This document shows, piece after piece, positions 36,165 to 50,092 of a stretch of DNA of 64,000 nt. A model generated the notes under the pieces. The model saw only the letters and a list, made by a program, of their open reading frames with translations. It was not told the DNA's origin and did not search any database. Numbering within the stretch: the first letter of the stretch is position 1; each line of letters begins with the position of its first letter. The stretch is from NCBI RefSeq assembly GCF_004010195.1, contig NC_057755.1, positions 6,727,925 to 6,791,924 of the forward strand. Reading direction: 5' to 3'. The stretch is from Chiloscyllium plagiosum. Lineage: Eukaryota. The position numbers were made by a program, and so were the translations under genes.

Positions 36165-36570
36165 TGAGACTCTCCAACCACATGGGTCAATGTGGATATC
36201 ACCAGTTTCCTAATTTCTCTTGCTCTAACATATCCCAGTCCAAAACTTCCATTTCGGCAACAGCCTCTCGAACTGTCTGATCTGGCCATCTTCCTTCCCG
36301 CCTATCTGCTGCACCCTGCTCTCCAACCGATCGCCATCAGCCACACATTTATCTATCTATTGCGTTCCCAGTCACCTTCGCCGTCCCAATCCCTCACCAC
36401 CTCCCATTTATCTCTCAGCCCCCTTGGGACACAAGCCTTATTCCCGATGAAGTTCTAATGCTCGAAACGTCCATTCTCCTTCTCCTTGGATGCTGCCTGA
36501 CCTGCTGTGTTTTTCCAGCACAACACAATTCTACTCTGATCTCCAGCATCTGCACTCCTCATTCTCTCCG
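36165..36570 (+). mobile_element. Inverted PLE pLTR at the 5' end of the preceding element
   Basis: Plus-strand pLTR with decayed hammerhead (ccgatgaagttctaatgctcgaaacgtc, about 36444-36471) and gatgctgcctgacctgctg core. Confidence 0.8.
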
Positions 36571-37002
36571 AGCTTCGAAGGTAAAGCAGACATAGCTCGA
36601 ATGTGACATTTTCCCATGCATTCGCTGCCCTTAGATTTGGAATTTGCATTTTAATCACCTTCAAAGAGTTGTCTCTATTTCCTATCCCTGCAGAGGGAAT
36701 TCACATTTTGATGATGCATTAATACAGTGCAGTGAACTGCTTTTGAGACATTTCCCATTGTGACAGTAATTCAGCCCCAATCTGTCACTTGGAGATATGT
36801 AACAGAACAGAAATGGACCAGCAACTTTCTGTATTCTTCCTCTCAATGTAACATGTGACTATTTTGTTTATCTTGTATTCAATCTAACATCCAAAAATGA
36901 TCACATCACATTTCACATTATTTCAGTTCTCCTGCCAATGCATCAGACTTCCCATATCAAAACCATTTCTATCTAAATCTACAGGGCAATTGGGGAGTTG
37001 AT

Positions 37003-37185
37003 TTAGATACAAAATAAAGCTTCCTCTACACTGCAGGACAGGGGCAGCATAGGGTTATATACAGAGTAAAACTCTTTCTATATTGTCTCTATTGAATACT
37101 CTAAGGACAGGGACTCCACGATGTTGAAACATATTAAACTTTCTTTACACAGTCTAAATAGGGCATTCCCAGGACAAGTACAGCA
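37003..37185. repeat. Short degenerate tandem repeat (about 3 units; tagatacagagtaaagctccctctacactg...caggacagg-like)
   Basis: Three related units seen by eye. Confidence 0.5.
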
Positions 37186-37199
37186 TTGTGTTTGCTACA

Positions 37200-38460
37200 A
37201 AGGAGTTTGTGTGTGGGAGATCATACCTCAATAATGTGACCAGGAAGTCTGATGACGACAGGGTGGTAGACGTGTTCTGTGTGGATTTCAGTAAGGCCTT
37301 TGACAGCGTTCCACATGTTATGCTGCTGTGGAATGTTAGATCGTATGGAATCCATGGGGTCAAGAAAATTGGATACACATACATAATTGACTTGTTGGTA
37401 GGAAGCAGAGTGTAACAGTGGAAGATGCTTATTGGACAGGAGGCCTGTAACTAGGTGAGTGCTTCAGGGTTTAGTGCTGGTCACAATGCAGTTTGTTATC
37501 GTTCTCAGTGATTTGGATGAGCATGTACAAGATAAGATTAGAAAGCTTGCAGATGACACGAATAGATGCGGTATGGTGGACAGTAAGGAAGGTTGTCAGA
37601 AACTGCAGCAGGACCTTGATCAGCTGTGGAAGTGGGACGAGCAATGGTTAACTGTGTTTAATACCGGTCAGTGTGAGATCTTGCATTTTCGATAGTCAAA
37701 TCAGGTCGGGGTTTCATGGTGAATGACCGTGCCTTAAGGTGTGGAGTGGAACAGAGGGATCTTCCAGTTCAGGTGCTCGGTTCTCTGAATGGGGTGTCAT
37801 AGGTAGACAGGGCAGCGAGCAAGGCTTTTGGTATACTGGCCTTCATTAGTCACAGCACTGAGTAGAGAAGTTGGGAGATATGTTGCAGTTATAATGGATG
37901 CTGGTGAGGCTGCACTTAGAGTACGGTGTTCACTTTTATTCACTTTGGTATCGGAAGGATATTAGTAAACGGGAAAGAGTGTGGAAGAAATTTACAAGGA
38001 CGTTGCCAAGACTGAACGGACTGAATTCCATGCAGAGGTTGGACAAGGTACATCTTTTATTTCTTCGGAGTGTAAGAGACTGACGGGGGTGCTTACAGAA
38101 GTGTACAGGATAATTTCTGAGGGGCATGGATAAGGTAAATAGGCAAAGTCTTTTCCCCGGGCTCGGAGAGTCCATAACTAGAGGGCATAGGTTTAGGGTG
38201 AGAGGGGAAAGATATAAAAGAGACCTACGAGGCAACCTTCTCACAGAGTGGTACGTGTATGGAATGAGCTGCCAGCGGAAGTGGTGGAGGATGGTACAAT
38301 TGCAACATTTAAGAGGCATTTGGATGGGTATATGAATAGGAAGTGTTTGGAGGGATATGGGCCAGGTGCTGGCAGGTGGGACTAGATTGGGTTGGGATAT
38401 CTGATCGGCATGGACGGACTGGACCGAAGGGTCTGTTTCCATGCTATACATCTCTATGAC
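37200..38460 (+). mobile_element. CR1 3' half (RT to 3' UTR), degenerate
   Basis: DFSKAFDSVPH, KLADDT, RLHLEYGVHF, TRGHRFRVRG. Confidence 0.9.
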
Positions 38461-38464
38461 TCAA

Positions 38465-39090
38465 TCGAGGTGCAGTGGGACAGCGAAGAAGGTTACCTCT
38501 GAGTGTAAAGAGATCTTGATCAGATGGGTCCATATGCCAAGGAGTGTCAGATGGAGTTTAACTTGGATAAATGTAAGGTGCTGCATTATGGGAAGATAAA
38601 TCGTATCTTCACTTGTACACATTGTGGTCAGGTCATAGGGAGCAATGCTGAACAAAGAGACCTTGGAGTGCAGATTCATACTTCCTTGAAAGTGGAGTCG
38701 CAGGTAGATAAGATAGCGAAGAAGGGGTTTGGTCTGCTTTCTTTAATTGTTCAGAGTATTGAAGAAGATAGTCAGGAGGCCAAGTTGCGGCTGTACAGGA
38801 CGTTGTTTCGGTCACTGTTGGAATATTGCGTGCACTTCCGATCTCCTTCTTCTCAGAAAGACGTTGTGAAACGTGGAAGGGTTCACAAATGATTTACAAG
38901 TCTGTGGCCAGGGTTGGAGAATTTGATCTTTTGGGAGAGGTTGAATTGGCGAGGGCTATTTTCCCTGGAGCGTCGAAGGCTGACGGATGCATCTGTACAG
39001 GTTAATAAATTCTTGAGGGGCATGGATAGGATAAATAGACAAGATCTCTTCCCTGCAGTGGGGGAGTCCAGAAAAAGAGGGCAAAGGCTT
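38465..39090 (+). mobile_element. CR1 ORF2 C-terminal fragment
   Basis: MEFNLDKCKVLH, RDLGVQI, LEYCVHF, LFSLERRRL. Confidence 0.88.
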
Positions 39091-39334
39091 GATTTATTTG
39101 AAGGATGTGGGCACTTCTGGTTGTCCAGCATTGACCAACCATCCCTTTCGTCATTTCCAATTGAAAACTTTACAATAAATCCCATTAAGCGCAGTGCGAA
39201 CTGCAACTGCATTTTTATTATTACTGATGAGATGTGCGTATCAATAACCAGCTGAGCGCATGATTTCCTTTTGCAAAGTTAGCTGTCAGCATTATTGTCA
39301 TAAGTCTCAAGTTACATGTCGACCAGACAAGGGT

Positions 39335-39795
39335 GCTGTCAGGACTCAATGGTCTGAGTTATAGAGAGAGATTGGTGAAGCTAGGTTTTTTTTTTGCTCA
39401 GAGCATATTAGACTGATGGGCGATCTTATAGAAGTGTGTAAGAGCATGACGTATGGATGGGGTGAAAGTACTCTGTCTTTATCCCAGGTTTAGGGAATTG
39501 AGGATTGGATGATATCAGTTGAAGGTTCGAGGGGAAAAAAGTAAAAGGAAACCTGTGGGGGAAATGTTTTATTCAGAGAGTGGCACACTTATGGAATGAG
39601 ATGCCAATCGAAGTGGTCGAAGTGTGTACAACAACAGCATTTAAAAGGGCATTGGACAAATACATGGTGAGGAATGGATTAGAAGGATACGAGCCAAGTG
39701 AAGGGAAATGGAGTTATTGTGGATGGACATTTTGGTCGGCATGGACCAGTTGGGTCAATGGGCCTTTCTCTGTGCTGTCAGACTCGGTGACTCTG
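39335..39795 (+). mobile_element. CR1 3' end fragment
   Basis: LWNEMP..FKRALDKYM..GY followed by 3' UTR. Confidence 0.8.
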
Positions 39796-40059
39796 CTTCT
39801 ATCACCATGTAAGTACGACAATTTTCCAAACTTAAAGGGCATTCATGGAGCAGATACATTTCGTTTTCAGATTTTATTCCAGTCCATCAACCACAACTGC
39901 AGGTCTCCAGTATACAGATGGACCTCGATTATCCAATTGAGATAGGCGGGCACAATTTCGTTCAGATAATTCTTTATTCGGTTAAATGATTTTTTCTGGG
40001 GCTCTGAGTTTTCTGTTTCTGATCCAGAATCATCTTTGCTATAATTTGTTTACATCTCT

Positions 40060-40900
40060 GGAACTATTTAGAGGCATATGGAAAACTGCCAACTCCTTTC
40101 TTGTTTCTAACATCAGTTCGTACTATCACAGTAGACGAGTCCTCAAGCATCCTTTCTGCTCTTGAAATACTGTCCTTGACAAACAATGCCAAAGCTCCCT
40201 CTCTTTTCCCATCTTCTCTATTCTCATTGAAACGTCTGAATCCCAGAACGTACAATATTCGTTCCCGTGCCTGCTCTAAACATCTCTCTGAAATGTGCAC
40301 AACATCGGAGTCCCAGATGCCAACCCATGCTGCAAGTTCACCCAACTTGTTCTGGAAGCTGCCGGTGTTGAAGTAGGCAAACTTCAAATCAAATTCCCGC
40401 TTGTCAGCGCACTCTTGTGACCTTGAAGCCATATTTCTGAACTCATTACTCTCAACCTCCTGGACACTGGAGCTACGTTCCCATCCTGCTGCTGAATTAG
40501 TTCAAACCCTCCCAAAGAGCATTAGCAAACATTTCCCCACCACCAGCCCAGGATTTTGGTGCTCCTCTAATTCAGGTGTTGGACCATCCTGCTTCTAGAG
40601 GTCCCACCTTCCCCTGAATGAGCCCCCAATTATCCAGGTATCCAAACCCCTCCCTCCTGCACCATACCTGGAGCCACATGCTCAGCTCCATTCTCTCTAT
40701 TCGTTACCTCATTAGCACATGGCACAGGCAACAAACCATAGATAACCACTCTGTTTGTTCTCACTCCAAATTTCCATCCTCGCTACCGAATTTCTGCTTG
40801 AAATCCCCATCCTTTTTCATACCTATGTCATTAGTGCGTACGGGACCACGACTTGGAGCTGCTCCCCCTCCCCTTCAAGGATCTTGAAAGCACGATCTGA
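40060..40900 (-). mobile_element. CR1 ORF1/endonuclease fragment
   Basis: YFNTGSFQNKLGEL..ISE endonuclease start; esterase-region similarity to 7615-7915. Confidence 0.8.
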
Positions 40901-42430
40901 GAAATGAATAGTGTAACTAAAGCAACTCTGGGCCTTCGCCTGAGAACATGGGAAAGTATGGGTTACAAATTGAAAAGTGCATCTTGCATGGTCAATGTAT
41001 TACCATGGAGAATCCTAATGCATCGTGTCCATTTCGAGATTTTAACGTCGTTCGTCGACGAGTGAAAAAACCCTATCCAGCGAAACCACAGACAGAAGAT
41101 CTAAAAGGGGACGGTAAAAAAAATTAAAACTTAAAATGACATTGTGAAGCAGAGTTTCAGCGAGGCGAGGGATGAACTAAGTTACCAACCGTTAGACTGA
41201 ATTACCACTCATCCTTTGTTGCGTGAAGCGTGCATTTTATTTATTACCACCTGGTTTACCCACCACCGAAGTGATCTAAAATACAACAATTTTATTCATA
41301 AAATTTTAAAATTTAACGCTAATTAAAACCAACCTATTTAAAACTATTTAAAATACTACGAAAACTATTAAAACAAATAAAAGGATCATTACATCTCCTG
41401 CAATTTTTAACGTTGAACGGCCTGCCATATGACAAAGACGCCCGCATTGGAAATAAATTCGTTCGTAACATTATTTCTGTAATGCCACAAGAATACAAGG
41501 AAGGGCATCTCCAATGTTTTTGCAGAGAGAATGTTTATGTTTCCACAGCTCCAGCACGATCAATTAGTCTCATTGACAGTTCTCCTGAGAATCTTAAATC
41601 TGAAGTCAATATAACGCATGGCATACACGAGATTAAAATTTCAGAGCTGTTCAATTACTGAATAGCCTCTAATTTGATATTAGGTCCTCAGTTTTCCAAA
41701 CTCGGGCCATTTTCTGTACAGTCCAATAAATGTTACGCCTAAATAGTCCATGCATCTGTTTGTGTAATGTTACAACAACCTTTTCTGTGAAAGCTTCAAT
41801 GCATGGGCACCATTCAAGTCCCCTTGACATGACCGTGCATCTCGCTGACATAATCTGCTGCAGGAACCATGATTCTTGTAATTATTCACTTTGAATTGAA
41901 TTGTCTGTTGTACTCATTATTATCTATAGGAATCTCTCTTCCATATCAGAATATTCATCTGAATTGCTCCCACCCTCATGCACTCATTAACAAAAACTTT
42001 CATCCCTAATTCACCATCGTCCCAGAGGGCCATCAGCTACTCTCACGTTGGTTGAGATGACTCTGAGATTCACTGCGCTGCAGACAGGGGGCAGGATTGA
42101 GACGGCAGGGCGTTCTTGGTAATTTCAAATGGAAAGAGCAATGAATTGATATGTAATCTGGGGGTCTGGGTTTATGAGAGTAGATCCTCCCCCTCACGTC
42201 AAGATGACTTGAATAGTGCCCACACACGGTAATAAAGTTTACTTGTTTTATTTCATTGATATGAGTAACTTAAGAAACATAATTCATGAGAAATGGTATA
42301 TAACTGAACACTTCTCACTCTTTCTTGAAATATCCAATTTGTCCATAGAGAAATTAAAATGTAGGAGACTTTATTTCTACTCAACAGAACTTTCGGAGGC
42401 AGAGGAATACAAAGGAGCTGGAGGTAGTGT

Positions 42431-43353
42431 TTACTTCCTGTTAAACATCCGTCGACTGACCAACGCCAGAATTAATGGCCAAGGGAATGTCATCACTTCC
42501 TTCAGTTCTTCCCTGAATTTCCTTTGTGTGATAGTATAAATACACACGTTACTGCATGAACTCAAATACATGAACAGGTAGCCAGTTTCAGTGGCAATGT
42601 AGGCAGGAGCTGCATAATCACCACGATAATGTGTAGTATTTGTTATCCTCGTTGATAAGAAGCTCACAGCAGCTGTCAGCCAGAGAAGAATGAAAGTTCC
42701 CGATATCGTGAAGAGTAAAATAATGGACCTCCTTCGACCTTCCATCTCTGGGTCTCTTTGACTCTTACTATTGTGTCCCCGGACAGCTCTGCGAGATCTA
42801 TTAGCGACTACAATACGGCTGATGGTCAAGCAATTAAATGTGAATAACAAAGAAAATGGAAGCCAAGGAACTAAAACACTTTGTAACCAGGAGAATGCTG
42901 TACCCAATGGCGAAGTGAAGAAGTTCAACTTAGCCTGACAACCCCACTCTAACTGATCAATTACCTTTTGAGGTTCATATGCAAATAAAAACGGTAGGTT
43001 CTCCAGGTAAACCAGGGCAGTCGTGATCATTATAACTACAGCCGCTATCCTCGGTCTACAAAAGTTCGTTTTCAGCCTCTCACAACATATAGCTACATAT
43101 CGATCAAATGTGAACACGATTGTGGACCACACTGTCAAGCCCAGGTTGGCTGAGCTCATATAATTAAGGAACTTACAAAAACCAGTGTAGGAAAGGAACG
43201 AATTTGGAAAGTGATCACTGAGAATATGAAACACAGTTATGTTGAAGATCAAGACGAGTAATGCTGCTGTTGCCATGGCCATCATATAAGCAGAGATACA
43301 ACTGGAAAGGCCGCAATTTCCCCGGGAGAGAATTATCACTGTCATCAGGTTCG
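42431..43353 (-). CDS. GPR139/GPR142-like class A GPCR, large second coding exon (end of TM1 to C-terminus), open reading frame intact
   Basis: 304+ aa ORF with six further hydrophobic segments, FTFDRYVAIC (DRY), TM3/ECL2 cysteines, EMEGRRRSIILLFTIS and CSNVCIY..QRKFREEL. Phase-1 acceptor ttaacttacag|CG AAC CTG ATG at 43354-43355. First exon not located. Confidence 0.9.
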
Positions 43354-44399
43354 CTGTAAGTTAAATGAGCAAATGTCATAAAAGTGAATCAATCATAGCA
43401 AAAGTCTGCAAATTTTGGGACGAAATGTGGAATCATTTGCAACACAGAATTCCATGCATTTTTTTTTTCATCTGAGTGATGGAACGTGCACGATGGGATA
43501 ACAAATCACTGAATACACAGAATGGAGGGACTGATATGTTGGCTTGTTTCCAGCATCTTCCATTGAATTCATTTCAACTTATTGAAAATGCATGATGGAA
43601 GTTGCCCTTACAACAGGTTGCATTTATTCAGGTACAAAGACTGACAACCAAATCAAATCAATTTCCCTCTACAGGTCCTTGCATTTACTATGCAGGAAAA
43701 TTAAAATGCTCAGTGCCTTGCAAAATTGATCGCAATCGTTCCTAAACAGACTCTTTTAATCGCCAGACATAGACCTTGTGAACAACCAATACCATACAGA
43801 AGTCTATACATCAAACAAAAGATTAAACATTTTTTAACAGTAAATTAACCTAAGCATAGCAATTTTCAGCAGCAATCTAATCTAACTAATGGTTCAAATT
43901 TAACTCCAGTACTCTCTGATTAGAGATGGTACTCTGACAACACGACAGACAGACAAACAGGCACATTAAGGAATAAGTGACAAAGAAAAACACATTAACT
44001 GCGATTTAATGGTCACCTTGCTTTCGCTGCTTCGACAATCTAGATCATCGCTGTCGCAGGAGATCGTAGATTTCTTGATTTCAGGTGATGCCGATACATG
44101 CAGAAAACATACTGTCGGCTCCAAAGATTATTCATTTGATTCGTAGAACTAAGTTTCAATTCTCTGAACTTTAAAAACGTTGAAATAACTGGACAATCAG
44201 GAAGCAAACAACTTTGTATTGTTGCTTTAACAGGCACAATACTTCTTCAACAAATGGTGTAAAGACAAATTCAGGCGCTGACCTCGACTTCAATAACAAG
44301 AAAGCAGAGATGCACAAAACAGAATCTCAGTTTTTCTGATCAAATGTATATTCTTAGAAGCCTGCTATGGGAAAACTAAGAAGAGATGTATGAGGATAT

Positions 44400-44845
44400 T
44401 GTTCAGGGTGGACGTTTTCAGCTGAAGGGACAGAATGCATAGAATGTGACTATTTTCACCGGAGCATTGGAGGTTGAGAGGTGACCTTACAGAGATTTAT
44501 AAAATCTTGAGAATAGGCAAGGTAATTTCCTCAGGGTAGCAGATTCCAAAACTAGAGGGCACAGATTACGGTGAAGAGGGGAAAAAAATTAACAGGGAAC
44601 TTAGCGGCAACTTTTTCATGCAGAGAGTGGAGTTTGTACAGAATGAGCTGTCAGAGGAGGTGGTGGAGACTGGTACAATTAAAACATTTAAAATACACCT
44701 GAATGCGTATATGAATAGGTAGGGTTTAGAGGGATATATGTCAACTGCTGTCAAATGAGACCATTGAGATATTGAATATCTGATATGCATGGATGACTTA
44801 GACCGAAAGGTTTGGTTTGATGCTGTCCAGCGCTATAGCTCTATC
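44400..44845 (+). mobile_element. Old CR1 3' end
   Basis: aggttgagaggtgaccttacagagatttataaaatc...actagagggcacag and 3' UTR. Confidence 0.8.
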
Positions 44846-47490
44846 AGTGTGTGAAAAATGATTCGGTGGTTCCATCCAGCAAGAGAATTAATTTCGATGG
44901 AAATTTAATAAGTTAAGCCTGATCTGAGAGAGATCTTTTTGTTAACATGACGAAGCTAGTCTTAGAGAAGATGTTGTGACTTACAAATGCAAACACACCA
45001 GGCAATATAAAATATTCAAATATTTCATCTTCTATTGTTTGCTATATATGAGTCAATAGCGTGTGAGAAATTTGCAATTCATTCTGCTGATGGAAGAAGA
45101 AAAGTCAATAATCTGGATGGTGTAATTCGCTCCAGTGCTGAACCATCAGTCTAATCTCCCATTGTGACTCCCGTATAGGAATCATTCAATCAACAGAATC
45201 CACACCACTGTATAGTTTCCAAGATAAAAGAAATTTGCAGGTCGTAATAGGATACAAATGTGGCGAGTGAAACTGAAGTGAATTTAGTTCACCTTAATTA
45301 ACTGAGGAGGCATTTGCTGAGTGATAAGCAAAGTGTATTTGACTGAGGTTTCCATGAAGGACTCTCCTTCAGATCCACTTCTCTCATCTGAGACAAGGTG
45401 TTTCTCAGGTTAAACTATCACCTGTCATCTCATGTCTTATTGTAAAACTGAATTTTAAACTAATTAATTTCAATCGTGTTCGGTTTCTTTTTCTAAAATG
45501 TCAGCAAATATAATTGGCTTCTTCTGCTTATATCAAAACTCCTCCTCATTTTCAATATTTGCATGAGGTCTTGTGTTAATTGTTTGGTCATCTCCCATTT
45601 TCCTTGATCTTTGATACATTAAGTAACTCACTGACCGACTTCACTGACACATCCTTGACATCATATATCCGTCGGTTTGCCCCAAATTATAAACAATCCT
45701 CATTCCTATCCTAATGGGAGATGGCTGGGCATTACCATCACATTTTTTTGTTTCAAAGTGCCGACTGTCAAAGTTTCGTTTTACCTTTCCTAATAGTAGT
45801 ATCAAGAGATCCTGAAACGTTACGGATTTTGAAAATATCTCTCCGAGTATTTTTGCTTTATTTCCAACACAGTGTAAATGGTGTATTAGTTTTATCTATA
45901 CTACGTAGAACATAGAACATTACAGTTCAGTACAGGCCCTTCGTCCGTCGATGTTGCACCGATCTGTGAAACCAATCAGAAGTCCATCTAACCTACACTA
46001 TTCCACTTTCGTCCATATGTCTATTCAATGATAATTTAAATCCCGTTAAGTTTGGAGAGTCTAAAACTGATGCAGGTCGTGCATTCCCTGGCCCTAGTAC
46101 TCTCTGAGGAAGCAAACTATCTCTGACATCTGTCCTATATCTGTCACCCCTCCATTTAAACTTTTGACCCACTCATTCGAGCCATCACCATCCAAGGAAA
46201 AATAGCACCCACTGTTCATCCGATCTAACCCTCTGATTTTCTTATATGTCTCAATTAAGTCTCCTCCAACCTTTTCTTTCACGGAAACAGCTTCAAGTAT
46301 CTCAGCCTTTACACGAAAGACCTTCCCTCCAAATCAGGCAACTTTTGAGAAAATCGCCTCTGAACCCTTTCCAAATCTTCCACATCCTTCCAATAATGTA
46401 GTGACCAGAATTGTACGCAACAGACCATGTGCGGCCGCACCAGAGATTTTTACAGCTGCACCATGACCTCATGCTTCCGAAACTCCATCCCTCTACCAAT
46501 AAAAGTGAACGTACCATATGCCTTCTTTACAAACCAATCAAATTGAGTTGCAACCTTCAGTGATCTGTGTACATGCAGACTGAGATCCCTCCGCTGAACC
46601 ACACCGCCAAGAAACTTAACATTTGCCCAATACCCTGTATTCCTGTTGCTCCTTTCAACGTGAATAACCTCACTTTTTCCACACTGACCTCAATTTTCCA
46701 CCTCTCAGACCAGCTCTGCAGCTTATACATGTCCTTCTCCAATTTCCAACATTCTTCTGCACTGTCCAAAACTATATCGACCTTAGTGTAATAAGCAAAG
46801 TTACTAATCCAACCATCCAACTCCTCATCCAGGTCATTTTTGAAAAAAACTGACCAACAACAGTGGACCAAAACAGATCCATGCAGTGCTCCACTAGTAA
46901 CTGTGCTCCGGGATAAACATTTCCCATCAACTAACACGCTCTGTGTTCTTTCAGGTAGCCAATTTCAGATCCAAACCACGAAATCACCCTCAATCCTCCG
47001 TAGTTTGTGCAATAGCATACTGTGGGCAGTTTTATCAAACGCCTGACTGAAATTCGCTTTATCCTCATCTACCTGTTTGGTCTAATCGTCAATTTACTCA
47101 ATAAGGTTTGTGAGGCACGATCTACCTTTTACAAAACTGTGTTGAAAATCCCTAATCAGCTTATTTCTTTCTAGATGTTTATAACTCCTATCTCTGATAA
47201 ATTTTTCAAACACTTTACACACAACCGAATTAAGGCTCACTGGTCTATAACTACCAGGGTTGTCTTTACTCCCCTTCTTAAAGAAGGGAACAACATTTCC
47301 AAACTTCCAGTATTCTGGCACTATTTCTGCAGGCAAAGAAAACATAAACATCAAAGTCAAAGGCTCAGCAATCTCCTCCCTGGCTTTCCAGAGAATTGTA
47401 ATATAAACCCATTTGGACCAGGTCACTTATCTATTTTCACACTTTACAGAATTGCTAATGCCTTCCCCTTTGGAACGTCAATCCCATCTC

Positions 47491-49075
47491 GCCATTTGTC
47501 GGCTACGTGTAAAAACTTCCTCTCCTGACGTCACCACCAGTAACCTTCCACTCACACTCTTATTTGTTTGGCTGAAGTGGTCCTCACCCTCAATAATTTC
47601 TCCTTCGAATCATTCCACGTCCTCCAGACAAAAGGGGTAGCCATGGGTACCCGCATGGGCCCCAGCTATGCCTGTCTCTTCATCAGCTGTGTGGAACAGT
47701 CCATTTTCTGGTGTTACAATGGCACCCCTCCCATAACTTCCTCCGTTACATTGATGATTGCATCGACGTCACATCGTGCTCCTATGCGGAGGTTGAACAA
47801 TTCATCAACTTCACCAACACATTCCACACCAATCTTAGATTCACCTGGACCATCTCTGATAACTCCCTCCCCTTCCTGAACCTCTCCATCTACAACGACG
47901 GTTACCACCACAACACTGACATTTTCTTCAAGCCCACCGACTCCCACAGCTACCCAGATTACACCTCCTCTCATCCTGCTTCCAGTAAACATGCTATCCC
48001 TTCTTCCCAATTATTCCGCCTTCACCTCATCTGCTCCCAGAAGGACCAGATCACACCAGATGGCCTCCTTCTTTCAAGACAGCAATTTCCCCTTCCACAT
48101 GGTTGAAGATGCCCTTCAATGCATCTTATCCACGTTCTGCCCCTCTGCCCTCGAACCTGTCCCCTCCAACTGCAACTCGGAGAGAACCACCCTGGTCCTC
48201 ACCTTCCACCCCTCCAACCTCTGCATAAATCGCATCATCTGTCAACATTTCCATTATCTACAAACTGAACCCAGCACCAGAGATATATTTCCCTTCCCAT
48301 ACCTACTGCTTTCCACAAAGTCTGTTCTCTCCAATATTACCTGGTCAGACTCACGTCCCCTAAAAACCCACCATCCCCTCCCAGTACTTTCCCCTGAGAC
48401 CGCAAGAATTGCAAAACCTGTGCCCACATCTCCCTCCTCATCTACTTCTAAGGTCCCAAAGGAGCCTTCCACATCCATCAAAGTTTCACGTGCACTTTCA
48501 CACAAGTCATTTACTGTAGCCGTTGCTCCCAATGCGGTCTCCTCGACGTTGCGGACATTGGCTGCCTACTTGGACTGTGCTTCAGACAACATCTCCGGAA
48601 CACCTGCACAAATTAACCCGCTCCCCACCGCCATGTGGCCGAACATTTCAACTCCCTCTCCCACTTTGACAAGGACATGCAGGTTCTGGACCTCCTCCAT
48701 CACCACTCCCTTACCATCTCCATGAAAAATGCCTCATCTTCCGCCGCAGCACCCTTCCAACCCATGATGTCAATGTGGACTTCGTCAGTGTCCTCATTTC
48801 CCCTCCCCCCACCTTACCCCAGTTCTAACCTTCCAGCTCAGCACCGCCCTCATAACCTTTCCAACCTGTCCATCTTCTTCCCAACCTATCTGCTCCACAC
48901 TCCCTTTGAACTATCATCTTCACCCCCACTTCCATCGACCTATTTCACTCTCAGCTGCCTTCCCGTCAGCCCCACCCCTCTCCCATTTATGTTTTCACCA
49001 CCTGAAATGTCGATTTTCCTGCCCCTTAGATGCTGCCAGACCTGCAGCGCTTTTGCAGCACAATCAAATTTTGAC
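47491..49075 (+). mobile_element. Penelope-like element (RT core and GIY-YIG), degenerate
   Basis: LTLNNFSF..QTKGVAMGTRMGPSYACLF, FLRYIDDCI, KPTDSHSY and AEHFNS; pLTR with the hammerhead largely deleted. Confidence 0.92.
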
Positions 49076-49797
49076 TCACTCACATCTAGTCTAGTAGCCT
49101 GTATCTCAGTATTTTCCTCGACAACATTTTCTTTTTCTGTTATGAATGCTGACAAAACAATACTCTTTTAGCGGTTTCCCTATATCCTCTGACTCTACGC
49201 ACAACGTCCCACTACTATCCTTGTTTAGCCCTAATCTTCCTCTTGTCATTTGTTTGTTCCTGAAATACCTATAGAAAGCATTTGTGTTTTCCTTGATCCT
49301 ATCCGCCAACGATTTCTTATGTTCCCTTCTGGCTCTCCTTAGCTCTTTCTTTACATCTTTACTGGCTAATATCTAACTCTCAAGCTCCCTAACTGAGCCA
49401 TCACAAAAGCCGTCTTCTACCTCTTTACAAGGGATTCAATGTCCTTCATAAACCACAGTTCCTACGCTCGACAACTCCACCACTCATCCCCCCGCCCCCG
49501 GCTAACACGCACATACTTATCAAGGACATGCATTAGCGGTTCCTTTAATAAGCATGTCCAACCATTCCAGTTTTCGCCCCCATCTTTTGCATCGTGAATC
49601 TTTCCTTATGGCCTTTCACCCAGCTCTAAATCTTACCCTGCAGTATGCATCTAATCCTTTCCATCGCTAAAATAAAGATAAACAAATTGTCGTCACTATC
49701 ACCAAAAAGCTCACCTACCTCCAATTCTATCACCTGGCTGGGTTCATTACCCAGAATTAAATCTAATGTTGCCTCGCCCCTTGTTTGTCTCTCTACA

Positions 49798-50092
49798 TGG
49801 TTAGCACTGCTGCCTCACAGCAGCAGAGACCCAGGTTCAATTCCCGCCTCAGGCAACTATCTGTGTGGAGTTTGCACATTTTTCCCATGTCTGCGTGAGT
49901 TTCCTCCGAGTGCTCTGATTTCCTCGCACAGTCGAAAAATATGCAGGTTAGGTGAATTAGCCATGGTAAATTGCCCGTAGTGTTAGGTAAAGGTGTAAAT
50001 GTAGGGGAATGCGTCTGGGTGGCTTGCTTTTTGGAGGGTCGGTGTCGACTTGTTGGGCCGAAAGGCCAACTGTAAGTAATCTAATGTAATCT
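49798..50092 (+). mobile_element. HE1-like tRNA-derived SINE
   Basis: tggttagcactgctgcctcacagc, B box ggttcaattccc and a (taatc) tail. Confidence 0.9.

Noticed and set aside
45775..45830. Minus-strand AAG|GTAA donor as possible exon 1 of the 42431-43353 gene
   Set aside because: Upstream sequence does not encode the IYYPxLAxxGVP TM1 start.
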